A stretch of DNA of 64,000 nt from the NCBI RefSeq assembly GCF_009914755.1, contig NC_060935.1; one strand, written 5' to 3'. The stretch is from the human T2T-CHM13v2.0 reference genome, Homo sapiens. Below the pieces are notes generated by a model, which was not told the origin of the DNA, made no database searches, and saw only the letters and a program-made list of their open reading frames with translations. Each line of letters opens with the position of its first letter. Position 1 is the first letter of the stretch. Positions 39,993 through 52,164 of the stretch are shown piece after piece. The position numbers and the translations under genes are program-made.

Positions 39993-41276
39993 TTTATTTA
40001 TTTTGTTTTATTTTTTAATGTTTATATTTTTATTTTACTTTAGGTTCTGGGATACATGTTCAGAACATGCAGGTTTGTTATACATGTGCCATGGTGGTTT
40101 GCTGAACCTGTCAACCCGTCAAACCTAGGTTTTAAGCCCCGCATGCATTAGGGATTTATCCTAACACCCTCTCTCCCCTTGACCCTACCCCCTAACAGGC
40201 CCCAGTGTGTGATGTTTCCCTCCCTGTGTCCACGTGTTCTCATTGTTCAACTCCCACTTATGAGTGAGAACACGCAGTTTTGGTTTTCTATTCCTGTGTT
40301 ACTTTGCTGAGAATGATGGTTTCCAGCTTCATCCATGTCCCTGCAAAGGACATGAACTCATTTATTTTAATGGCTGCATAGTATTCCATGGGGTATATGC
40401 ACCAATTTTCTTTATCCAGTCTATCATTGATGGATATTTGGGTTGGTTCCAAGTCTTTGCTATTGTAAATAGTGCTGCAGCAAACATATGTGTGCATGTG
40501 TCTTTATAGTAGAATAATTTATAATTCTTTGGGTATATACCCAGTAATAGGATTGCTGGGTCAAATGGTATTTCTGGTTCTAGATCCTTGAGGAATTGCC
40601 ACACTGTCTTCCACAATGGTTGAAATTATTTACACTCCCACCAACAGTGTAAAAGCGTTCCTATTTCTCCACAACCTTACCAGCATCTGTTGTTTTCTGG
40701 CTTTTTAATAATCGCCATTCTAACTGGCACGAGACGGTATCTCATTGTGGTTTTGATTTGTATGTCTCTAATGACCAGTGGTGATGAGCTTTGTATTGTG
40801 TTTCTTGGCCACATAAATGTCTTCTTTTGAGAAGTTCATATCCTTCATCCACTTTTTGATGGGATTGGATCAAAAAGTGATCCAATCCTTGTATATTCTG
40901 GATATTAGCCCTTTGTCAGATGGGTAGCTTGCAAAAATGTTCTCCTATTCTGTAGGTTGCCTGTTCACTCTGGTGATAGTTTCTTTTGCTGTGCAGAAAC
41001 TCTTTAGTTTGATTAGATCCCATTTGTCAATTTTGGCTTTTGTTGCAATGGTTGTTGGTGTTTCAGTCATGAAGTCTTTGCTCATGCCTATGTCCTGAGT
41101 GGTATTGCCTAGGTGTTCTTCTAAAGTTTTTATGGTTTTGGGTTTACATTTAAGTCTTTAATCCATCTTGAGTTAATTTTTGTGTACGGTGTAAGGAAGG
41201 AGTCCAGTTTCTGTTTTATGCATATGGCTAGCCAGTTTTCCCAACACCATTTATTAAATAGGGAATCCTTTACCCA
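39993..41276 (-). mobile_element. 5'-truncated L1PA (L1PA8-like): ORF2 C-terminus and 3'UTR
   Basis: ORF-track peptides WKTVWQFLKDLEPEIPFDPAILLLGIYP and [17 protein letters not shown] are L1 ORF2p; TSD ATATTTACTA at 39983-39992 and 41277-41286. Confidence 0.92.
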
Positions 41277-41489
41277 ATATTTACTACTTATCAAGTGGAA
41301 GTGGATTATCATAAAGGTCTTCATCCTCATCGTCTTTACGTTGAATAGGCTGAAGAGGAAAAGGAAGAAGAAGAGGAGTTGGTCTTGTTGTTTCAGGAGT
41401 AACACAGGCAGAAGAATATCCATTCTATAGTGTAAGAGGGTGTAAGAGGACCCACACAGTTCAAATATGAGTTTCTCAAGGGTTAACCA

Positions 41490-41740
41490 TGTGTATGTAT
41501 GTGTATATATATGTGTGTGTGTATATATATATGTGTATATATATGTGTATATATGTGTATATATATGTGTATATATGTGTATATATGTGTGTATATGTGT
41601 ATAAATGTGTACATATATGTGTATATATAAAAAAGTATATAAATGTATAAATAAATATGTATATGTAAATATATAACTATATAAAATATATAAATATACA
41701 TATAAATATATACAAAGTATATATAAATATACACATACAG
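41490..41740. repeat. Compound (TA/TG/TATG)n microsatellite and AT-rich low complexity
   Basis: Read directly; starts at the Tigger right terminus. Confidence 0.92.
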
Positions 41741-42000
41741 ACATTCAAAATAAGGGAACATTATGAAAAACTTAAGGTCACTTAACAACTTAGGTGAACA
41801 AGTAAATATTCTGGAAAATGCAGTTGCCAATACTAATGCAAGATGAAATAGAAAATCATAATAGTTCTTTACCTATTACAGAAATTAAATTTATTATGCC
41901 ACAAACAGAACTCCAGACCCAGATTGTTTCACTGGTAATTTTTTTCAACTTTTAAGGAAAAAGATAATACCAGTCTTCATGAACTCTTTTAGGAAATAAA
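41741..42000 (+). mobile_element. Continuation of the old L1M ORF2
   Basis: acattcaaaataagggaacattatgaa...ctccagacccagattgtttcactggtaa; collinear with sequence before 39533. Confidence 0.75.
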
Positions 42001-42009
42001 AAGTAACTT

Positions 42010-42230
42010 TTACAGAGTACTTATTTACTCTCTGTGCTAAGAATGTCACACATATTATCTTATTCTCCAAATGTTCCTCTGAGAGAGGTCATATTCCATC
42101 CCTACTTTGCCAATGAGAACATAGGCTTACGGAAGTTAAGAAAATTGCCTCAGGTTGCATAGTTATTAAATGGAACAGCCTAAACTTGATCTTGAGGAGC
42201 CTGACTCTCAATTGTACTCAACAAACGTGC
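42010..42230 (-). mobile_element. MIR
   Basis: atgagaacataggcttacggaagttaag...ttgcctcaggttgcatagtta. Confidence 0.6.
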
Positions 42231-43154
42231 CATACTGTTTCTCCTATAGTTCACCACTGAGCTTTCCATAATATATATGATAGGCTCATAGTGTATATTC
42301 ATTGTATAAATGAACATTGGGCCCAGGGGTAATATTTTGACAAGGAAATATTTATTCCCATGATTTACAAGACAAGAAGGCAATATACCAAGAGCGTCAT
42401 ACTCAACGAGAACCTTGGATTGTTTCTCATTGATAACTCTCCTTTCTTGGCATTTTGAAGCAATTCCTAGCCTCCAGGCTTTTTTGTTTCTTGTATCTTG
42501 CATGCCTTTTGCACTCCATTGGCTTATCCAAAGGCTATAAAGATGTCTTCCATGCTTCCAGGATCACCTGACCCCACATGCTTCCTGCATCCTCACTTCA
42601 TCTGTTCATGTTGGGGAGGCTGCACTTAAGATCCTGTTATTTGGAGTTTGATCATGGACAGGACTTGTGATGTCACATGTCAACGGTAGCTGCACCTACT
42701 AAAAAATTTATCTTTGTTGTTTAAGGTAAGAATGTCGTAAGATGTAGCTCTTTACTAATTTGGTAAAGATAAGATTAGAAAATGCCAGTTATTAAAATAA
42801 CAGATATTTTTACATGTTATTGCTTCAAAATCTGTTTCTAGGAATCTGTTGCTCTTCCTGTGGGCCTTAAAAATTGCAGCTACAACTAATTTACTCTGTG
42901 TTTATGTTACAGCAATAGAGGTGCCAAGTGTCCGCGAAAGGGAAAAGCTGAAAAGTTGATGAACTAAGCATGACGTTACTGGAAATGGAAAAACTGTAGA
43001 TTCCTGACTGAAGAAAAATTATATTTACTTACTTAGTTATTTATACATAGAAAAGAGACCATATCTTAAAACAAGTGTTACTTGAGAGTGGTTTTCAAGG
43101 ATTTCTACTTTTTGTAAAAAACTTAATTTGGGAGGGTGGGAAGTAATGCTTTTA

Positions 43155-43617
43155 ATTTTAAAAAAATTTATTGAGTAATAATTTATGTATCATGAAATTT
43201 GTCTAATTTAAGTGAATAATTCAATTATTTTTTGTACATTTACCCATTTGTGCAATCATGAAAACAATCCAGTTTTAGAACAGTTTCATCGCCCTAGTAA
43301 GATTCCCCATGCCCATTTATAGTCAATTCCTATTTTCGCTCTAGCCCCAGGCAACCACTGATCTACTTTCTCTCTCTATGTATTCATCTATTCTGGACAA
43401 TTAATATAAATGGAATCATACAGTATGTGGTCCTTTATGTCTAGTTCCTTTCATTTAGCATTACGTTTTTGAGGTTCATCCGTGTTGTAGCATGTATCAG
43501 TATTCATTCCTTTTTTATCACTGAATAATATTCCATACTACAGACATACCACATTTTATCCATTTACCAGTTGATAGATATTTAGTCTTTTTTCCATATT
43601 TGGCTATTATGAATAAT
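43155..43617 (-). mobile_element. L1MB7/8-like LINE-1 3' end
   Basis: ccccaggcaaccactgatctacttt...aaatggaatcatacagtatgtgg...aggttcatccgtgttgtagcatg. Confidence 0.8.
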
Positions 43618-43744
43618 TTCTTACACTAGAGTGTAACTTGTTTGGTTCCCAGTCTCAAAGCCCAATGGAGCACAAATATAAATTTAAATGTATGATTATA
43701 TACTAAATTTGAACAAGTGGTTTGTCAGAAGTGAAAATACCTTC

Positions 43745-44960
43745 TACAATCAACACACATACATTGAGTACTTGTTATGTATTAAACACTATTTGATATT
43801 GTGGAGAATATGGTTAAGATACAGATGGTTCCCATTCAAATGTAGCTTCTATTCTATTTGAGGGAGACAGAGTAAGACAGGGAGAGAGGGAGAGAAGGAA
43901 GGAAGGAAAGAAGGAAGGAGAAGAAAGAGAAAAGGGGAAAAGGAGTAATGACAAGTGTTATGAAGACAATGAAATTAATTAAAATTAATAAGTAAGTAGA
44001 TGACTACTTTAGATTTGGTGGCCAAGAAGGGCTCTTTGAAGAAAGATATTTGAGCTAAAGTCTGGATAATATAAAGATGGCAGAATGGAATAACGAGGGG
44101 GCACGGTGGTATGGGCAGAGGAAAGAGTGTCAAGGCCCTAGAGCGAGAATGAGCTTGCCATGCTTGAAGAAAGTCAAAAGGCCAGCAAGGCTGCAGTATA
44201 ATGGCAAAGGGACAAATATTAATAGTAAGAGGTGAAATGTAAGAGGCAGGTGAGATCCAAATAACACCGAGTTCTGTAAGGCAGCATTTGGAATTTGGAT
44301 TATACCTAAATTCAAAGGGAGATCATTGAAGAATTTTAGCCAAGAGAGAGCCATCATATTCTTTAGAATTAAAATTTTATCTATGGCTTCTAAGTGCAGA
44401 GAATGGACTACAGGAGGCAAGAGTGGAACCAAGAAGACCAGTTCGGAGTTACCACAGTAGTTCAGGGGAGCCATGAGTGTGGATCGGATAAGGTGGAGGT
44501 AGTAGAGTTTGAGATAAGATTTAGAAGTAGGGTAGCCAGAACTTGCATGTCACAATATGGGTGGGTTGATTCCGTGAATAAAAGAATTAAAGATACTTTG
44601 CAGTCTTAAGGCTTGAAGAATTCATTGGAAGGCAGTGCCATTTATTTTGATGGGGAGGACTGGGATGAGTAGCAGATTTCTGTAAGAGGAAGGATGACAG
44701 GGACTGAATAGAATTCTGTTTGGGCAGATTGTGTTTAACATGGTTCTTAGATATCATGTGGAGATATTAGGTAGGAAGTTGAAATATACTTGGACTTGGA
44801 GGACTTGGAGGGAGAGGTCAGGCTGGAAGATGTGGATTTGAGACTCACTGGCAGGTAGGGAGTATTTAACACTGAACAGGATGATCTCCAGGGAGAGCTG
44901 GTAGATGATAGGAGAGAAGGGGGAGCAAGAGGCATCCTGACTCTTCCATATTTGGATTTA
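43745..44960 (-). mobile_element. L2 fragment with a GA-rich repeat at ~43860-43945
   Basis: attgagtacttgttatgt; gatcattgaagaattttagc; ggagaggtcaggctggaagatgtggatttgagactc. Confidence 0.7.
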
Positions 44961-45399
44961 GGGGCCTTTCTCTTACTCAAGGGAATCTGCTGATTAAAAG
45001 TCAGAAAATTCTACCCTCATTCTCCATGGTCCTAGTAATAACACCATTCTTTGAGGAAAATCGGATATACTTGGATTAATTCTTTTACAGTTTGGGACAA
45101 CTGACCATTTACGTCACTGGCTGGGAGTAGGTGATTGGGGTTCTCCTTCAGGCTATGTGGTGGCCTCAAATGAGGAAGATCAGTGCCTCCACATCACAAC
45201 CTGAGCCACGGCCACAGCAGCGGCATTACCTGGATTATCCGATGAAACAATGAAACTGGAGGCAAGAGATGCTCTTGCCTCACCTTGTCAGGTTTTTTTT
45301 CTGTAACTATTGACTCGAAAATCTACTGTCATCGTTAGTTAGTTATTTAATTTGTCTGTTGCTTTTTTTATTCTTTCTTTCCACTCATTTATATTTAGT

Positions 45400-45735
45400 T
45401 TTCTTTATTATGGTGAACTACACATAACATAACATTTACCATTTTTAAGTGTACAGTTTGGTGGCATTAAGCACATTCACAGTGTTATGTAATCATCATC
45501 ACCATTGATCTCCGGAATTTTCCATTTTCCCAAACTGAAACCCTGTGCCCATTAAACACTAATTCCCCATCCCCCTCCCATGACAGCCGCCATCCTACTT
45601 TCTGCCTCCGTGAATTTGACCTCATCTAAATGGAATCATACAGTATTTGTCCTTTGGTGACTGGCTTATTTCTCCAGCATAATATCGTCAAGGTACATCC
45701 ATGTTGCAGCATGTGTCAGAATATCCTTCCTTTTG
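45400..45735 (-). mobile_element. L1MB3/4-like LINE-1 3' end
   Basis: ccatttttaagtgtacagtttggtggcattaag...ccaaactgaaaccctgtgcccattaaac. Confidence 0.8.
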
Positions 45736-45764
45736 TTTTCACTCATATAACAAAGGCTGTATAT

Positions 45765-45995
45765 TACTGCAGTTAAGTGCATGTGCTTTACAGCCAAAAT
45801 GCTGGGCTTGAAGCCTGTTCTGCCATTTATTAGCTATGTGACCTTGAGCAAGTCACTCAGGCCTTAATTTCTCCTCTGTAAAATAGATTTTATAATAGTA
45901 GTAACTTCTAAAGTTTGTTGGAGGATTGAATAAGTTAATACATGCAAGGAGCATAGAACCTGAAACACAAGAAAAAACACTGTTGTTATTACTAT
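45765..45995 (+). mobile_element. MIR
   Basis: ctgccatttattagctatgtgaccttgagcaagtcact...ctgtaaaata. Confidence 0.75.
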
Positions 45996-46264
45996 TTATT
46001 AAACATTAAGAATAAAATAAGAATTAAACAGGAATACTGCCCTCAGGATGCTTGTAGATGGGGAAAGGAAATACACCATGTTTAGAAATACCATTAGGCA
46101 AAGAAGAAATTGCTAAGAATATATAAGGTGTATATAGGAAGGGCAATATGACTTTGGGGAGGGACAAATCACTACCACCTTCAGGGCTACAGAAGCTTCA
46201 TTTAAAAGCTGACTTTTGAGCTTTTAATGAAGGACAAGCAGGGAAAGATTCTGAGCAGAGGGAG

Positions 46265-47392
46265 TGTGTGAAATAATAAGAAATACATATGTGTCTCTGC
46301 TCCCAGTTCTTGACATAGAACTCCTGAAAACCCTTGCAGATAGAGGCACTAGAAATGTCTTTTGTTCTAATATTTGGTCTTTGACCCTGGTTTCTGACAC
46401 AGAGCTCCTAAGTCTTTGTAATTTCCTGAGTAATAGGAACATCTGACACAGAGCTTCTAAATCCCTTAGAATTTCCTGGGTGATAGGAAGCATCCTTTGT
46501 TCTAATGAGATCTAATCTTTCATTCTAATGAGACTTGTGGTGGGCTCCTGGATAGCTGCAGGGTGGCGGTTGCCAGGGAAATTGATTGGAGGGTTGGAAA
46601 TTTTAGTCCTGCCTGCACCCCAGACCTCCAAAAACAGGAGAGGAACTGGAGATGGACTTAACCACCAATGACCAATTATATAATTGATAATGGCTAATTT
46701 AATGACGTCTCTATAAAAACCCAAAAGGACAGGATTCAAGAACTTCTGTGTAGTTGACATGTGGAGGTTTCTAGAGGGTGGTGACCCCTGGAGAGGGTGT
46801 GGAAGCTTTGTGCCCCTTTCCCCACACACTGCCCTATGTTCCTCTTTATCTGGCTGTTCATCTATATCCTTTGTAGTATCTTTATAATAAACCAGTAAAC
46901 ATGTTTCCCTGAGTTCAGTTAGCTATCCCAGCAAATTAATCAAAACCCAAGGAGGGGGTCGTGGGAACCCCGATTCAATAGCTGTTTGGTCACAAGTGTA
47001 GGTGACAAGCTGGACGTGGTCATGTGTCTGTAGTCCCAGCTATTTGGGAGGCTGAGGTGAGATGATCACTTGAGCCCCGGAGTTTGACACTAGCCTGGAC
47101 AACACAGCAAGACCCTATCTCTAAAAAAAAAGAATACAGAACAACCTACTGCTTGTGATTGGCATCTAAAGTGGGAGGCTGTCTTGGGCAACTGAGTCTT
47201 CAATCTGTGGGATCTGACTCTAACTCCAGGTACACAGTGTCAGAATCAAAATTGAACTAGAGGACAACTATTAGTGTCCACAGAATTGATCAGTGTGGGA
47301 AAAACCCACACATGTTTTGGTGACCAGAGGTGAAATATTCTGTGTTGAGTGTGAATGTAAAAGGAAAAAAAAAAACAGGTTTCTTCCAGTTA
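46265..47392 (+). mobile_element. MER21B-like LTR, interrupted by a FLAM
   Basis: tctgacacagagctcctaa internal repeats; gggggtcgtgggaacccc; ggatctgactctaactccagg. Confidence 0.8.
47008..47131 (+). mobile_element. FLAM free left Alu monomer
   Basis: ctgtagtcccagctatttgggaggctgagg...agcctggacaacacagcaagaccctatctct plus A tail. Confidence 0.82.
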
Positions 47393-47446
47393 TGCAGAAT
47401 AGCACAAAGAGAAAGCACCATGGCAAGAAACCATGAAACTGGAAAG

Positions 47447-47765
47447 TATATCAGTCAGGGCCTGGCAGGAATTAACACTCACAGCCAGGATAATTAAGGA
47501 AACCTCAAAGTTGTAGGGCTGTGGTCAGGGTTAAGGGAAGCCAGCAAGGGATAACCAGGTTAAGAGAAGTCAACAAGGAATAGCCAGCCAGTACCTTGGG
47601 GCAAGTAGCAGTGTGGAGTCAGCACCCCTGAGCCTGAGGGGCATGGGAAGGGAGCCCTTACTGAAACTCAGAGAGGAGCTGTAGCAAGAAGGCTGCCTCA
47701 CAGACACTGTGACTTTCTATAGATGGATGAAATTATCAATGGCAACTCTGACCTAGAATCTGCTC
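47447..47765 (-). mobile_element. LTR16-like ERVL LTR fragment
   Basis: atcagtcagggcctggcaggaa...cagggttaagggaagccagcaagggata; similar to 48894-49317. Confidence 0.55.
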
Positions 47766-47773
47766 TCATAAGT

Positions 47774-48076
47774 TCTTTTCTTTTCTTTTCTTTTTGGTAC
47801 AAGGTCTTGCTCTGTTGTTCAGACTGGAGTGCAGTGGTGTGAACATGGCTCACTGCAGTCTCGACCTCCTGGGCTCAGGTGATTCTCCATCTTCAGTCTC
47901 TCAAGCAGACTGGACCATAGGCATGTGCCACTACCTCAGGCCAATTTTCTAATTTTTTTGTAGAGTCAGGGTATCCCTGTGTTGCCCAGGCTGGTTTAAA
48001 CTCCTGGGCTCAAGTGATCCTCCCATCTTGGCCTCCTAAAGTGCTGGGATTACAGGTGTGAGCCACCATGCCAGTC
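47774..48076 (-). mobile_element. AluJ
   Basis: T-rich tail; ctcctgggctcaagtgatcctccc...aaagtgctgggattacaggtgtgagccacc; degenerate TSD tctcatNNNttctttt. Confidence 0.92.
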
Positions 48077-48089
48077 TCATGCATTCTTT

Positions 48090-48893
48090 ATATACTCTGC
48101 AATACTAACAGGTGATATCCTCAATTCCCACTGTGTATGGGCTAAGCCTTCCAGGGTCAGGCCTCATACTTCTCTGTCTGGGATCTAACTCCTGCTGTGG
48201 TCCTGGAGGCAATGTGGGTGGTGGAAGTTGGAGAGAAAGATTCCTCAGGAAAATCAGTATTGCCTTGTGAAGTAGTTGCCTCATTTAAGTCACTAAAATA
48301 TTTTATGCAGGGGAAGGCAGGTCCTATTAGATAGGGGTGGAAATGAGAGGTTCAGAGGGATTTGTAGATTCAGAGTTCCCAGGCTCTTCTGATTTATCTT
48401 TCAAATGTCCCCATCTCATGCCATGGGATTCTACTCCTTTTCCACCAATGTCTTTACCTTGACAGAAGACACCTGGCAAGTTTTGATGTTTAATTGCTGC
48501 TATGACTTTGCTCAGCCATATCTGCCCAGCAACTACAGGGATGAGAAGCGTGTTCAAAGGTGTCATGAAGCCTTTTTGATTTTTCACCCAGGTACTAAGC
48601 TGGAAGTTGAAGGACTTCAATATGTCCTTCTCCCTGTAGACTGTATGGCTGTCAGAGGCAGTGCCATCCAATCCCACAGCTTTAGAATCACTATTGTCAT
48701 TACAGCCCCACAGCTCCTTGACTGCTGCCTGTTTTATGCCACCACAGGTATTAGTTTGAGTTATCCTAATGCCACTGAAAGTCAGATAATCAGTTTCTGT
48801 TTCCCTCTTGCAAGATTAGCCTGTGCTCCTCAAATCCATCCCCTGAATCACAGTTGAGGGTTGGTTTCTTGGAGCCACTGCTGGTACCTGTTA
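48090..48893 (-). mobile_element. ERVL-class internal fragment (PBS region and decayed gag)
   Basis: Minus strand near 48400-48472 reads VSSVKVKTLVEKE*NPMA*DGDI, resembling ERVL gag VKVRALIGKEWDP..WDGD; PBS-like ggtaccag next to the LTR. Confidence 0.7.
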
Positions 48894-49317
48894 CCATATC
48901 AACCAGAGTCCCAGCGGGGACTAGATGAGTACAAATTACTCAAACTATGTAGTTAAAGAGAGTTTAATAAAGGAATTGTGTACAAAAAGGGTGGTCAGGC
49001 TTTAGGAAACCTGACAAGGGATGGTCTAGAATTCCAGGTGTTGCCTGAAGGGCAAGGAGAGGGATTAGTTACTAGAACATGAATAGAGAGAATACAGAGA
49101 GAGCTTACAGGAAAGACATCCTGACAGCACCTGTGGCTTTTAGTAGAGGAACATATATAACCCTATATTAACTTTCTTCCAACTTTCTGATCTCTTATTT
49201 GTGTTTCCAATGACCAAACCCAGCTAGAATCCAGAGAGCAAGAAAGCCTCCACAGGTCAGCTTCCTGGTGCAGCAGGGTGGAGAAGGTAGAGCATGCATT
49301 TGGAAAATATTGCACAA
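48894..49317 (-). mobile_element. LTR16-like ERVL LTR (5' LTR of the remnant)
   Basis: ccagagtcccagcggg...gagagtttaataaagg...ccaatgaccaaacccagctagaatccagag. Confidence 0.6.
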
Positions 49318-50319
49318 ATATGCAAAGGGAAAATATTCATTAGAGCCAAAAAATCTTGTCTGACTAGCAAAGAAAGTTGATGAAGAGAGTAGTGGAAGAT
49401 AAGGTTGGAAAAGCAATTTGGGACCCAGCACACAGAAGGCCAAGAACTTGTACCCTCTACTCCTGCTTTTGGTAGGTAATGGGCATAGATGACTTTTGAA
49501 ATGACATAGTGCGAGATGTGCCCTTGAGAGATTAATATGACAACACCATGGAGGATGGATTAGAGTATTAACAAACCAGATAGGGGCCATTGTTGAAGCC
49601 CATGATAGTAGTCTAGATAAGAATTGGTGGGGGCCTATGAGAAGTTATAGAGAACAGATAATAGGAAATTAAAGGCAGAATTGACAAGCATTGGAAACTA
49701 ATTGACTGCAAAGGACAACAAAAGGAAAAGATTCCTAGATGACTCCAGTACATGCTCCAAAAAAGAGGGGCTTGAAACTTGTCTGATGCATGCAGTGTGC
49801 CAACTCAGCTGGCTGTTAGCATTCTCATTAGGAAGAAAACAGAACTCTTTGCTAGGCAAAGTTAATACAGTTTGATGGGAAATTTCTAGCAGCCTAATTT
49901 GATTTTCTTATCACATTATTAAGATATTAAAGAAAATGATTAATAATAGAGAGTCCTATAATGTGAAAGAAATCTCAGCTTAGAGGAAACATTCACGCAA
50001 TGATATTAATCCCTTGATATGGAGATGACATCTTTTCTAGAACTGAATGAACATATTTAAACATGGGCTATTAATATTTGACATGCCAGTTGAAACACTT
50101 GCAACCTATACTCTGTATATGCTACTCTGAGTATGATAGTTCCTACATGTTTTCTAGTTTAGCAGGGCCATATGTTCACTGACATTTACTGGATACCTAG
50201 CTAGGTCTTTCAGTTTTAGAAGTTAATGGGCCTTTGATAACAAAACTTTCTTCTTTATCTACACTACTGATGTTGAAAAATAACAATTGCAATAACAATA
50301 ATGACAATGATAAAAATTA

Positions 50320-50535
50320 ACTAATACTTCTTATTACATGTCAGGCGCTATACTAAGGGCTTTCTAATTTAATTTTCACACAACCCTCTAATATAAGTAC
50401 TATTATTAGTGCAATATTACATAAGAAAACGTCAAGGCACAGAGAAATTCATTAGTCACCCAAGGTCACACAGCTAACAAGTAGTGAAGGCCAGTTAACA
50501 AACCAAGAGCTGGAACTTTACTCCATGCTACTCTG
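50320..50535 (-). mobile_element. MIR
   Basis: aaggcacagagaaatt...cacccaaggtcacacagctaacaagtagtg. Confidence 0.7.
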
Positions 50536-50615
50536 ATGGCAGCATACCCTCAAAGGTTTCCCTTGAGGTTGAGGTATGAAGCCAGAGAGTAGTGACCAAG
50601 GAAGCCTGCCTGAGT

Positions 50616-50922
50616 AGCCTGGGCATGGTGACTGAAGCCTGTAATCTTAGCACTTTGGGACGCTGAGGCGAAAGGATCCCTTGAACCTAGGAGTTCAAGA
50701 CCAGCCTGGGCAACATATAGTGAGACCCTGTCTCTACAATAATTTTTAAAAAAATTATCCAGGCATGGTGGCACCTACCTGTAGTCCCAGCTACTCAGGA
50801 GGCTGAGGTGGGAGGATTGCTTGAGCCCAGGAGGTCAAGGCTGCAGAGAGCTGTGTTCACACCACTGCACTCCAGGCTGGGCATCAGAGCAAGACCCTGT
50901 CTCAAAAAAAAAAAAAAAAAAA
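50616..50922 (+). mobile_element. AluJ
   Basis: ggaggattgcttgagcccaggaggtcaaggctgca; poly(A) tail. Confidence 0.93.
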
Positions 50923-50929
50923 GAATGGT

Positions 50930-51115
50930 GAACTTAGGTAAAGGGAGGCAGCCAATTGGTAGAGGGAGCTGGTGAAAGAGAAAATATTCTGGTGGTAGTC
51001 TCCTCCTGCCCTGTGGACTTTTGTCAGTTCTTCCTATTGGCTGAACCCACCTAGAAGCTAAAGAGGAAGAGACCCCATTGATAACAGGCCATACAAGTTG
51101 ACTTTTGGCAGCACA
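50930..51115 (-). mobile_element. LTR16-like fragment
   Basis: ttcctattggctgaacccacctagaagc...ccccattgata. Confidence 0.45.
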
Positions 51116-51529
51116 AAGCATCTTAGGCAACATCCCAAGCCTTCCTGAGACTTGGATGAGTTTCTGGAGAGGTATGATCTTTTGCCTCTTTTTTCCTCTA
51201 AACTGCTTTGCCACTATCTCTGAACCATAGAGACCCAGAAATGAAATTTAGTGCTTCTGCCAATTTCTTTCCTAAAGAGTCCACTCCTACAAAAGCAGTA
51301 GGGTACAAGACAAAAACAAATATTCTACTAGATAAATCTGTTCTTATAAGTATCTGCCTTTACTTCATTCAATCCCTAGGCCCCAGGTGTTTCCCCACCC
51401 GTCTTGGTCCCCCTCCCCTTACTATAGTGTCTGCTTACTCTTTTATTCAGTGCAATCTAATTTTCTTTGGCTCTAAAACTTGGACTCACATTACTGACAA
51501 ATAGCTCAGCAGATCAAAAGTCGATCTGT

Positions 51530-51854
<325 letters not shown>

Positions 51855-52164
51855 TTATCTTTTCTGTTACTTATGGGGAGTAACATACATCTATAGGAAG
51901 TTAATGTTTGGTGTTTCCATTACACCAGTACTGAAGGAGATGTAGTTGACTAGAAGGTATGATTTAATAAATGAAGCAATAATCATTGTTTCCAGACATT
52001 GCCTCAGTCTTGGAGAGGCAGCATAGAATACTAGAATATGGAATGTAGCGTGAAAAGGCATAAGTTTAAATCCCAAGCCAACCACTTACTAGTTATTGTC
52101 CCACAGAATAGGCTACTTAAACTTGAGCAAACCAGCAAACCATAATTCATGCTCCACTTAGTAT

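Larger units (their letters stand above)
39533..41489. mobile_element. Tigger2a (MER28)-like TcMar element, interrupted by an Alu and an L1PA
   Basis: TIR-like TA|gagttgacccttaaacaac ... tctcaagggttaacca; internal gcctacttttgaccagaagccttaccgataac and aaggtcttcatcctcatcgtc. Confidence 0.85.

Noticed and set aside
40264-40616. ORFs with real protein similarity
   Set aside because: Frameshifted pieces of the L1 ORF2p C-terminus (or its antisense) in a truncated L1PA.
41130-41830. Longest ORFs (204 aa and 115 aa, minus strand)
   Set aside because: Y/I/H/T-rich translation of a TA/TG microsatellite; the longer one runs through Tigger into an L1 ORF2 fragment. Not genes.
46390-46535. Internal direct repeats (tctgacacagagct...) resembling an array
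   Set aside because: Intrinsic to MER21-type LTRs; no repeat-spacer periodicity, so not CRISPR.
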